Notes under the pieces: generated by a model
Database searches by the model: none
Seen by the model: the letters and a program-made list of their open reading frames with translations, nothing else
Told to the model about the DNA's origin: nothing
Translations under genes and position numbers: made by a program
Shown: piece after piece, positions 17,907 through 27,100 of the stretch
How positions within the stretch are numbered: the first letter of the stretch is position 1
Layout of the letters: each line of letters begins with the position of its first letter
DNA from: Candidatus Thalassarchaeaceae archaeon
GTDB taxonomy: Archaea > Thermoplasmatota > Poseidoniia > Poseidoniales > Thalassarchaeaceae
Length of the DNA stretch: 51,242 nucleotides
NCBI GenBank assembly: GCA_030747675.1
Contig: JASLKH010000008.1
Span: forward strand, 1 to 51,242
Reading direction: 5' to 3'

Positions 17907-19271
17907 ATGACGGGTATGAATCAAGGGGATGTATTGATTCAGGGAGCGATAATGGTCTTGCCCGACCGTGTAGTTGAGGGTGATTTGCGTGTCGTATCAG
18001 GTTCGATCCGAACTGTTGCACCAGGGGGGGGTTTAGTTGCTACAGATTCCGAGACTATCATTGATGGAACGGGATTGCATCTGTTACCAGGGGTCATTGA
18101 CCCGCATGTCCACTTTCGAGACCCTGGAAACCCAGAGAAGGAGGACCTTGAAAGTGGGAGTCGAGCTGCAGCATCAGGTGGAATCACATCATTTCTTGAT
18201 ATGCCAAATACATTTCCAAATGCAACCAATCGTATTGCATTAGAGGCTAAAATCGCTGCTGCTGCTAAAAAAGCGGTCACACATCATGGTTTTTTCATTG
18301 GAGCTACAAACAACAATGTGGCAGATATGCAAAGTGTAGAAGGAATGGATGGCGTTTGTGGAATCAAGGTTTTCATGGGGAGTAGCACTGGAGATTTATT
18401 GGTCCATGAGCAAAAGCATCTTGAGAATATTTTTGCAAATACAGGGGGTATCATTGCAACCCACGCTGAAGACGAGAATCGTCTCCAAGCCCGCATTGCT
18501 GAATTCAAACATCGAACTGATATTGCCGCTCATGCAGAATGTCGAGATGTGGAATGTGCACTATTGGCGACAAAGCGAGCATCTGCTTTAGCCAAAGACC
18601 ACGACCATCGTTTGCATATTGTTCACCTGACCAGCGGAGCTGAAGCTAATTGGTTGGCCTCAAATAAAGGATCACTCATCACCACAGAAGTCTGTGTTCA
18701 GCATCTGACGCTAGACCAGAATGATGTAGAAGAACGCGGAGTACGTGTCCTCATGAACCCCCCAATTCGTTATACTGAGGACAAGGATACATTGTGGAAG
18801 CGTCTCAAAGATGGAACTATTGATTGTATTGTGACTGATCACGCTCCGCATACGTTGGAAGCCAAATCAGTTGGGTTCCCAAACGCCCCTGCCGGAATGC
18901 CTGGCGTTGAAACTTCACTACCCCTAATGCTTACACACGCGGTGGATGGTAAATGCAGCGTATCTGATGTGGTTCGCTGGATGTGTGCTGGTCCCGCCAA
19001 GGTGTATGGCATGGAGAACAAAGGTTCCCTCATCGAAGGTTATGATGGAGACTTGACACTGGTTGATCTTGAAACTCGGCGAACCATCGCTGATTCCGAC
19101 ACTTGGACAAGAGTTGGATGGACACCCTATGCTGGGATGGAACTCACTGGTTTACCGATGTGGACCATTGTCGATGGAATCCCGGTACACAAACGGACGC
19201 CGGGTGGGTCATTCCGGGGTGAAGCAATTTGTGCACCAGGCTGTGCAGGTCGTACGTTGAGATTCTCTTAA
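17907..19271 (+). CDS. pyrC: Dihydroorotase (type I, amidohydrolase family)
   Basis: PGVIDPHVHFRDPG, GIKVFMGSS, HIVH, MNPPIR, TDHAPH, GMPGVETSLP. Start ATG 17907 or 17916. A related cyclic amidohydrolase is not fully excluded. Confidence 0.85.
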   Translation: MTGMNQGDVLIQGAIMVLPDRVVEGDLRVVSGSIRTVAPGGGLVATDSETIIDGTGLHLLPGVIDPHVHFRDPGNPEKEDLESGSRAAASGGITSFLDMPNTFPNATNRIALEAKIAAAAKKAVTHHGFFIGATNNNVADMQSVEGMDGVCGIKVFMGSSTGDLLVHEQKHLENIFANTGGIIATHAEDENRLQARIAEFKHRTDIAAHAECRDVECALLATKRASALAKDHDHRLHIVHLTSGAEANWLASNKGSLITTEVCVQHLTLDQNDVEERGVRVLMNPPIRYTEDKDTLWKRLKDGTIDCIVTDHAPHTLEAKSVGFPNAPAGMPGVETSLPLMLTHAVDGKCSVSDVVRWMCAGPAKVYGMENKGSLIEGYDGDLTLVDLETRRTIADSDTWTRVGWTPYAGMELTGLPMWTIVDGIPVHKRTPGGSFRGEAICAPGCAGRTLRFS

Positions 19272-21719
19272 TCAACCGTCTTCTTCCGGTGGTGAGCCTT
19301 CCGAACCCGACGTACTTTCTCCAGAATCGCCATCTTCAGTGTCTTCTGTCATCACAACATCATCGTGGTAGTATGCTGAATTTGAAACTTCATAGCCGGG
19401 TAATTCAAGCATGGCTGTTGTGTTCATGTCAGCATACGATGTGACGCTTACACCGGCACTGGAGAACGCATAGACGTAATCGGCCATGAAGACGGAACGG
19501 CGAACGTTTGAGTCCCCACCCCACCAACCGTTGACACCATTGTCTTCATTGTAGAAGCTTGAATGATCAATCTCCCCATGTAGGGATAGTGTACGGTTAT
19601 CCATGTCGACATCGATAAGCATCAGTTTGCTGACATATTCGTAGCCGGAATAGGAGTAAGTTCGTCCATCCTTCTCAATCGTGTCATACACGTACCTGTG
19701 AGTTGAAAGAGGGACTGCGAGCAATCCGGCAGGTTCCCAATAGGTGAAGGCTTTGTGTTCATACGTCGCCTCAGAGTATGACCATGACCAGCCACAGTAT
19801 CGGATACTGGTACAATCATCATCCAAGTATGCGGGTGTGAGTTGTTGCGTATCCGCGAGTGTTGGATTGGTTAGATCGCTGAGATTGAATAAACTGAGTT
19901 GAGTCATGCTCCAATCCAATCCCAATCCCTCTTCGCCACCAGGCATTCCGATGGTCAGCAAGTCGCCGTTGGAAAGCGGGTGGATGTAAGTGGAGACTCC
20001 GGGCACTTCGAGTTCACCTAAAATGGTTGGATTCTCGGGGTCCGAGAGGTCAATGGTCCACAGAGGGTCCATGTTGCGGAAGGTGACCAAATAGGCTAGG
20101 TCACCTACGAATCGGGCGCTCCAGATGCGCTCACCTTCAGCAATACCACCAAGATGACCGATTTCTTGCAACGGTCCACGCCCGGTCTGACTGATAATTG
20201 AGCTAGCGCCGATGCTTGCGTCGAGAACTGTGATGTGGTTCTGTGGTTCAATGACTTCCCACTCGCCACCCTCGGTCAGCCACCAGCGACCCCATGCATC
20301 GGTCGTGCTGGCCACGCGGATGTCGCCATTGTGCTCAGACATCGAGAACTGGTCCTGAACAGTACCCACAACTCGGCCACTGCCGATGTAGGATGTCTCA
20401 CCCTCAACACTGATGTCGAAGGCGTGGATGTTGGTCGCATCCTCGTAGTCGTTGTTGCGCCAGAACCACCACCAGTCGTTGGCGGGCTCTGCGAGGACCA
20501 TCATGTCGCCACTGGCATAGACTTCAACCCAAGAGGAAGCGATGTGGTCAACCTCACTGCTGAATTCCTCACTGAGTAAGTCAACAGTCATGATTGAGGT
20601 GAAACCACGCCCGACGCCATCTGCGGAACCACTGAATTCACTACAGTCTCCACTGTCAGATGTGTAAGATGAAATTGTACCATCTGCGTTTCTCTGATGC
20701 ATCTGTGGTGCGAAGTCCGCAAGTGTGAGGGTCTCAATAATCGCCTGATTCTCATCTATAAGCTCGTATACAGAGGCATTCCAAATATCCATTCTATCCT
20801 CCCAACTTTCAATACTCCAATATCCATCAGGCAAAGAAGGATATGAACTGATTCCAGGAATGTATGACCACATGTGTGACACGCTGCGCACAGTACCGTT
20901 GACCATTCGTGCGGTTTCGTGACTGCCCTCAATGAAAATTTCACGACCTACGTTGGGTTCACTTCGATTGGTGATGTCAATCACGGTGTACTTGACTAGA
21001 TTTGAGGATCTCCAGTTTCCATCATCCGTTTGCATAATACCCCGTAGTGGGTCACCTGAGGGGATGTTCCAACTGTTGATGGATGAAATAATGACAAGTT
21101 TGTCGCCTTCCTTCATCATCTGCAAGGGTTGGCCTTCCAATTCCATGTCAGCTACAAGTGTGACATTGCCATGCTCTGGAACACCGAGAATGACCAAGTG
21201 GTCATTGATGATCATGTAGAAATGGTGTCCATCGAATTTGAGGAAGTCTGCCTCATCAACACCAGATTCCTGATTGTTGGTCCCGGAATAGGTCCCGGAG
21301 CGGTCCTCTCCACCACTGCTGGAAGGAGCGGTGCCACCTGTATTTCCGACATTCGCAGATGCTTCCGGCATTGCACCATCCATTTCCATTGCCACATCAT
21401 CAGCCAACCACACTTCTCCGCGCATCATGAACTCGGGTTCTGCCCAATTCCAGTAGGCATTCTGGTCGATTTCGACGAGAGTTTGTTCCCACAATGCATC
21501 TTTGAGATCGTCTAACAAAACCGCACAGTCATCGTATATTTCCAATGTTGGAGTCGTACGAGCCCTTTCGCCAAGATCTAGTTGGGGCCACTGGCCTTCA
21601 TCAGGCATTTCCCATACACCATCGGTTGTACCTTCATTGACAGTTGATCCCAATCCAAGGCACCCAGGTAACATCACCAAGGAAAGAACAACCAGTAGAA
21701 CACGAATATCCGGCTTCAT
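19272..21719 (-). CDS. Lipoprotein with beta-propeller domain (Beta_propel-type secreted protein)
   Basis: Lipobox LPGC; TNNQESGVDEADFLKFDG, DQFSMSEHNGDIRVAST, GERIWSARFVGD, DPLWTIDLSDP, ELEVPGVSTYIHP. Confidence 0.88.
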   Translation of the reverse strand: MKPDIRVLLVVLSLVMLPGCLGLGSTVNEGTTDGVWEMPDEGQWPQLDLGERARTTPTLEIYDDCAVLLDDLKDALWEQTLVEIDQNAYWNWAEPEFMMRGEVWLADDVAMEMDGAMPEASANVGNTGGTAPSSSGGEDRSGTYSGTNNQESGVDEADFLKFDGHHFYMIINDHLVILGVPEHGNVTLVADMELEGQPLQMMKEGDKLVIISSINSWNIPSGDPLRGIMQTDDGNWRSSNLVKYTVIDITNRSEPNVGREIFIEGSHETARMVNGTVRSVSHMWSYIPGISSYPSLPDGYWSIESWEDRMDIWNASVYELIDENQAIIETLTLADFAPQMHQRNADGTISSYTSDSGDCSEFSGSADGVGRGFTSIMTVDLLSEEFSSEVDHIASSWVEVYASGDMMVLAEPANDWWWFWRNNDYEDATNIHAFDISVEGETSYIGSGRVVGTVQDQFSMSEHNGDIRVASTTDAWGRWWLTEGGEWEVIEPQNHITVLDASIGASSIISQTGRGPLQEIGHLGGIAEGERIWSARFVGDLAYLVTFRNMDPLWTIDLSDPENPTILGELEVPGVSTYIHPLSNGDLLTIGMPGGEEGLGLDWSMTQLSLFNLSDLTNPTLADTQQLTPAYLDDDCTSIRYCGWSWSYSEATYEHKAFTYWEPAGLLAVPLSTHRYVYDTIEKDGRTYSYSGYEYVSKLMLIDVDMDNRTLSLHGEIDHSSFYNEDNGVNGWWGGDSNVRRSVFMADYVYAFSSAGVSVTSYADMNTTAMLELPGYEVSNSAYYHDDVVMTEDTEDGDSGESTSGSEGSPPEEDG

Positions 21720-21825
21720 AATACTTCCAAGGAGTCTCCATTATTAGTACAGTGGTAATTTTGTGAGTGTAATTTGGCCACAATTTAGCACAATCCGACA
21801 TAGGTTTGATGGTAGATAGCCCTCA

Positions 21826-21843
21826 TCCGCGCTACAGCGCGGA
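21826..21843. promoter_or_regulatory. Inverted repeat TCCGCGC-TACA-GCGCGGA upstream of the aminopeptidase
   Basis: 7-bp stem ending 17 nt before ATG 21861, just ahead of a GGGGTGA SD. Confidence 0.5.
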
Positions 21844-21860
21844 CAGGGGGTGAAGGTGTA

Positions 21861-22889
21861 ATGGCAAATGATGTTGAATCTACAGGCAAAGATCAAGAAT
21901 TGGATAAGTCAACTCAAGATGCGCTTACTCGGGCGGCAAATACCGTTTGCAAAGAATGCATGCAAATTCAGCGTTCAGAAAATGTTCTAGTTGTAACAGA
22001 TCCACATACATCCATCATTGGAAGGGCGCTATATGAAGCGGCAATCAAAATTTCAGATCGTGTTTTGATGGTGATGATGCCAACTACTCATAGGCATGGA
22101 GATGAGCCCCCTGCGCCTGTTGCGGACCTCATGCGAAAGCAAGATGTTGTTCTTGCTCCGACCAGATATTCTTTGACTCACACTCGGGCACGCATGCAGG
22201 CGTGCCGTGAGGGGACTAGAATTGCGACGATGCCCGGTATAACACTTCAGATGTTCACTGAAGGGGGAATGACGACTAACTTCAATACCATGCAATCAGC
22301 AATTGCCCAATTGGGGAAATCCCTCAAACGACAACGCAAAGTGTCAGTAAAAACCTCATCTGGAACCGATATTTCATTTGAAATTTCGGGGCGATGGGAA
22401 TTAGGAGATAATGGAATTTGCAACCGACCTGGTCAAGTTACAAATCTGCCAGCAGGAAAAATTCTAGCGATGCCAAAGGAAGGTACAATGGAAGGAGTCA
22501 TTGTGATTGATGGTACATGGGACGCAGCATTGGTAAACGCTCCATTGGAATTGAAAGTAGAAGCTGGTATTGTGACTAAAGTTACGGGCGAAGGTAGTGA
22601 AGATGTCAAAGCACTTTTCGTAGAGGCTAGTCGGAAATTGAAACCTCAATATCAACCCAGTGTATGGACCGTTGCTGAATTTGGATTTGGGATGAACCCT
22701 CGGGCAAGGTTAGTTGGTAACGTATTGGAAGATGAAAAAATGCAAGGAACTTGCTACTTCGCTATTGGTGATAATACCAACCTTGGTGGAAATGCACATT
22801 GTGGGATCCATGTGACGGGGGTTATGCGTGAACCTACTGTAGTCATTGGGGAAATGAAACTGTTAGATGGTGGCGACATTCGAATTTGA
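21861..22889 (+). CDS. Thermophilic-metalloprotease (M29-like) leucyl aminopeptidase
   Basis: NLPAGK, GVIVIDG, VAEFGFGMNP, LEDEKMQGTCYFAIGDN, GIHVTGVMREPT. Confidence 0.85.
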   Translation: MANDVESTGKDQELDKSTQDALTRAANTVCKECMQIQRSENVLVVTDPHTSIIGRALYEAAIKISDRVLMVMMPTTHRHGDEPPAPVADLMRKQDVVLAPTRYSLTHTRARMQACREGTRIATMPGITLQMFTEGGMTTNFNTMQSAIAQLGKSLKRQRKVSVKTSSGTDISFEISGRWELGDNGICNRPGQVTNLPAGKILAMPKEGTMEGVIVIDGTWDAALVNAPLELKVEAGIVTKVTGEGSEDVKALFVEASRKLKPQYQPSVWTVAEFGFGMNPRARLVGNVLEDEKMQGTCYFAIGDNTNLGGNAHCGIHVTGVMREPTVVIGEMKLLDGGDIRI

Positions 22890-22895
22890 TTGAAG

Positions 22896-24083
22896 TCAAA
22901 TTCCCGAACCACAAACTGGACAATGCCTCCAGTGCCGTTCGACGCCAATGTTACATGATGGGCAAAAAGCACCTGATTGCAATGTGTGGTGCACTCCTGG
23001 AATTGCATTCCCTCTCCCTCTTCTTTGGGGGTTATTGGGGCCACTTGGGCCCACTGGCCGAATCGGTTCGCTTGTCATAGTAACTGGCTTTGAAATAGGC
23101 GCGGAAACTGGTTTTACAACACCTATTGGTTTGCGTTTTGGAGCAAGAATATTTGTTTTAGATAAATCATCTACAGCCGCAAAGAATTCAGTTTCTTGCA
23201 GGACATTATCTTTATTTGAATCAATTTGTTCAAACAGTACTTTTTGTTCTGATTCAGGGAGTTTAGAAACTTCAGGGGCTGCTTGAAATTCTTCAGGAGT
23301 AATGACGCCATCACCATCAAGGTCCATTTCATCAAATGCAGATTTTTTTTGCTGAGGCGAGAGTGGTGCTTCAAATGCAGAAGCAAGGCTAACCTCAGGT
23401 TCAGGAACAGCAACTGGTGCGGGCTCAGGTTCAGGAACAGCAACAACCTCTTTTTGACCCTCTGGTGCTTTTACTGGTGCTTTTTGAATTGGACCGCCTG
23501 TTAATGATGAAAGGGATGTAGCCTCATCGCCCGATTGTGTCGCACTGAGGACTTGCGAAATTTGTTGATGTAATGCTAAGAATCGAATTTTATTTCCAGA
23601 AACATCTTCCATCCAACTTTCAAAGTTTGCCAGATATTGGTCCAATTCTTGTAGGCCACCAACAACGTGACCAATAGCAAGCATTTTCAGAAGCCTAAAT
23701 GGGTCATTGAATGCATCTAATGCATCTTTTTCTGTGACTGGAAGTCCAGGATCGGAGCCTGTGGATTTACCCTCTGAATCGGGTTGACCTAGGAACAATC
23801 TGATTGGATCAGTCCAACTTAGCATTCCGAATGGGCCAGAAAGTAACCAGTAGATTTCTCCTCCTTCTACTTCCAACCGGTCGGCCGCGGTTTGGAAATC
23901 AAATGAACTCTGCTTCAACAATAAATCGCCAGTAATGGAGAGGAATTCACCTAATCCATTCAAGCGATCAGTTTCAGCTAACCTTTCAATTAAGGCGCTT
24001 GAATCTGTAATACCGAAATATGCCGAATGCTCGTCGACATCGATTCCATCAGGGAGAACCGCACCCAATACTTCGTCAGACAT
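22896..24083 (-). CDS. Hypothetical protein with an EF-hand pair and C-terminal zinc ribbon
   Basis: Loops DLDGDGVITPEE and DSNKDNVLQETE; CPSC...WRHCPVCG; Pro-rich linkers; no signal peptide or TM. Start 24083 or 24095. Confidence 0.8.
   Translation of the reverse strand: MSDEVLGAVLPDGIDVDEHSAYFGITDSSALIERLAETDRLNGLGEFLSITGDLLLKQSSFDFQTAADRLEVEGGEIYWLLSGPFGMLSWTDPIRLFLGQPDSEGKSTGSDPGLPVTEKDALDAFNDPFRLLKMLAIGHVVGGLQELDQYLANFESWMEDVSGNKIRFLALHQQISQVLSATQSGDEATSLSSLTGGPIQKAPVKAPEGQKEVVAVPEPEPAPVAVPEPEVSLASAFEAPLSPQQKKSAFDEMDLDGDGVITPEEFQAAPEVSKLPESEQKVLFEQIDSNKDNVLQETEFFAAVDDLSKTNILAPKRKPIGVVKPVSAPISKPVTMTSEPIRPVGPSGPNNPQRRGRGNAIPGVHHTLQSGAFCPSCNIGVERHWRHCPVCGSGI
23394..23444. repeat. 21-bp exact direct repeat with 30-bp period (VAVPEPE x2), coding
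   Basis: ctcaggttcaggaacagcaac at 23394-23414 and 23424-23444. Confidence 0.9.
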
Positions 24084-24128
24084 GGGTCGCTCCATACCTT
24101 GGGCAGCACGGCCCGTTCAAGAGGTTGC

Positions 24129-24145
24129 CGCCGTCGTAGACGGCG
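24129..24145. promoter_or_regulatory. Inverted repeat CGCCGTC-GTA-GACGGCG between the giant FG-GAP gene and the EF-hand gene
   Basis: 7-bp perfect stem, intergenic. Confidence 0.5.
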
Positions 24146-24160
24146 CTCGCGTGTAAGGCA

Positions 24161-27100
24161 TCAATTTCGAGCATGACCCAAAATGTGTTTGGATTGCTTT
24201 GGAGTCCATCCTGATGATTGTAATCTAGATAGGACACTAGTATCTGAATCTCCAATGATCAGTCTTTCTTTTGTCTCGGCAACAGCATTATCGAAATCAG
24301 CTTTTTCATCCGCTGCAAATAAGTCCTCCCAAGAATCACTTGCTTTCTTCCTTCGAGTGGTTTTAGGCGCCGCAGTTTTGCGAGTTCTTCTAGTGGTTTT
24401 TTGCATTGGAGTTGCCCCCTCAGCAGGAGACATTGAGGTCTTCCTTGTCCTTCTAACAGGTTTTGATGTAGATGGTTTCGAAGTTGTTTGACTGGTTTTA
24501 CGTGTTTTTCGCACAGGGTCACTTTGTACTGAAGTTGTAGGGATGCGGGTTGGCCCCGATGGCCTCATTCCTGGACGATTTGTGGGCTTAGATTCATTAA
24601 AACTAGGTGATTTTCTTTCAGGCTGTCGCGAAGTCGTTGGAGGTCCGCGAGATCCAGGTCCAGTACTTGGTGGCCCACGGGATGGTGGGTTTTCGGATTT
24701 CTGAGGTTTGGATGCAGATGCACGGGATAATGGTGGAGCATTTCCAAATGGACTCCATTCTTCTTCGTCAGTTTCATCCTGCCAATCATCGTCATCATCA
24801 AGTAAATCATCATCATCCCAATTGAATCCACGGTTTCGCAATCGAGTAATGGCGAGAATCACAACTGCTAGAGCTAAGATAACTCCCAGAATGACCAAGA
24901 TATATTTCATTGATGAGCCATCCACAATGGACGACGAATCACCTTCTAATTGGGCATCAGTACAACCATTTTCTGGATCCACTTCAAACCAATCTTCTTC
25001 GGGTGTATCTGGACATGAATCGATATTATCCAATACACCATCACTGTCATTGTCGTCGATGCAACCATTACTATCTTCATCCCAACCAGTTGCATCTTGT
25101 TCATCGCACAAATCGATAATATCAATGATGCCATCACCATCTGTATCGGTTCCAGGTGGACATCCGTTTCCACCTATACCCCCAATTACACCTGGTGTTT
25201 CTGGGCAGAAATCTCCATTATTGCCATTAGGATTGTCACCAAAGCTGTCATTATCGTAATCACCGTATTGTGTTGGATCGTTTGGGAAATAATCAGCTCC
25301 ATTCTCAATTGTCCAATTTAACGTTGGATCTGGAACTCCATCTCCATCTGTGTCAGGGCAACCATGTAAGCCGAGCAACGCCCTATTCGATGACCAACTG
25401 GTCCCAAAATCGAACGGACAAGCGTCTGGTTGCTGAGCATTATAGACCCATTCACCGACGGTTCCTTCACGATTTTCATCCCAATCCATTTCTCCCCAAT
25501 TGTCGCCATAACCATCCCCATCTGTATCTTGCCATTGTGAATCATCCGACGGGAATGCATCAAAGGCATCCTCGTATCCATCACCGTCGGTATCCGCTCC
25601 AACAACAATGCAACCAAATTGGTCTACAGTCGCTCCAAGGGTTGTAAATTTACATTCATCAATATCATCGGTGATGCCATCTTCATCAGTATCTTTCTGA
25701 TAATCTGCACAACCATTTGTATCAACCTCGAAGTCGGCTGAAGTATTTGGACAAAGATCCAATACTCCACCATTTCCATCAATATCGTTTACTCCATCAT
25801 TATCAGAATCTTGATCGGTCTGTGAATTGGAACAACCTGTTTGTTGGTCTACAACCTCTCCAAGAGGGGTATCATTACAGATATCATTTGCATTTGTGAC
25901 CCCATCTTGGTCATCATCAAGTTGGCTTGGGGAACAGCCATTTGTATCGACCAATACCGCCTCATTCTGTGGTGTATCTGGACAAGCATCAGTACCGTTT
26001 ACCACCCCATCACCATCGTCATCTCCCTGTGGTAAAGGACATCCTGGTCCTGGTTGGCCATTGAGAAACCCTGGGACAGTTTGACAGCGATCCCAATTCG
26101 GATTCCCAGCATCTAAAGCGTTTTCACCGAATCCATCGCCATCTCGGTCGCGCCATTGTTCAGGATTATTTGGTAATGCATCTCCAACTTCGTTTTCGCG
26201 TAACCCAGTTGTGGGATTTATGTCATATTCATAAGTGTTTGAATGACCATCTCCGTCGGTATCGACACATCCATTCAAATCAGCAGTTGAATTACCCCAA
26301 ATCAAAGGACAATCATCAGGGTAGTTCCCATTTGCATTATCGCCCCATCCATCTTCATCTGCATCTGAAAATTGTGTGGGGTCGTCTGGAAATGCATCTC
26401 TGTTCCAAGCGTCATAGGAATTGTTGTCACCATAACCATCGCCATCTCGGTCGGCCCATTGCTGATTGCAGAGAATGCCACATATGTTTGCAGCCGATGT
26501 ATCGGTTGGCGCCCATGGCCAAAGGTCTGCACAATGCGTACCATTGGTGTGACATTCAATCCGGTTGTAGGTCCATCCCTCGGGGTTCTGAGATGTTGCA
26601 GGTTCAGGATCGGACCAGCCATCTCCATCGCTATCTAGGCACCCTCTTCGATCATAAATTGAAGTCCCTAGAAGACCTGGGCATTTGTCGCCCGTTTCAG
26701 CACTTGAATTGTCACCAAAGCCATCTCCATCAAGATCTTCCCATTGTTGAGGGTCTAGGGGGAATTCATCGGAATTTGAACTTCCACAACAATCAGGACC
26801 ATGATTGTCGTAACGACCATCTCCATCGGTATCAATTGATTGCATCCAATTCGTGGGGTGTCGATCACCGTCCCAACCAGCTTGGCCGTTAGGGTCAGAC
26901 CATCCATCGCCATCATTGTCTGGGCAACCGATTGTATCTCGCCATGATTTCCCTGAATTTGCACAGTCGTCAATCGAGTTTGCAAACCCATCATTGTCAC
27001 CATCCGCACATCCATAATGCCCGTATACGCTAGCACCCGGAAGTGTCTTGCATTGGTCATAAGCGGGAGCATCAGGGTTGTCACCATAACCATCGCCATC

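Noticed and set aside
18024-18031. G8 tract in pyrC as a phase-variation site
   Set aside because: Encodes Gly-Gly-Gly in frame in a housekeeping enzyme; no sign of frameshift.
17747-21719. Genomic island integrated at the tRNA
   Set aside because: No integrase and no duplicated tRNA 3' end seen; the GC-elevated genes lie on the tRNA 5' side, while the 3' side leads to core radA.
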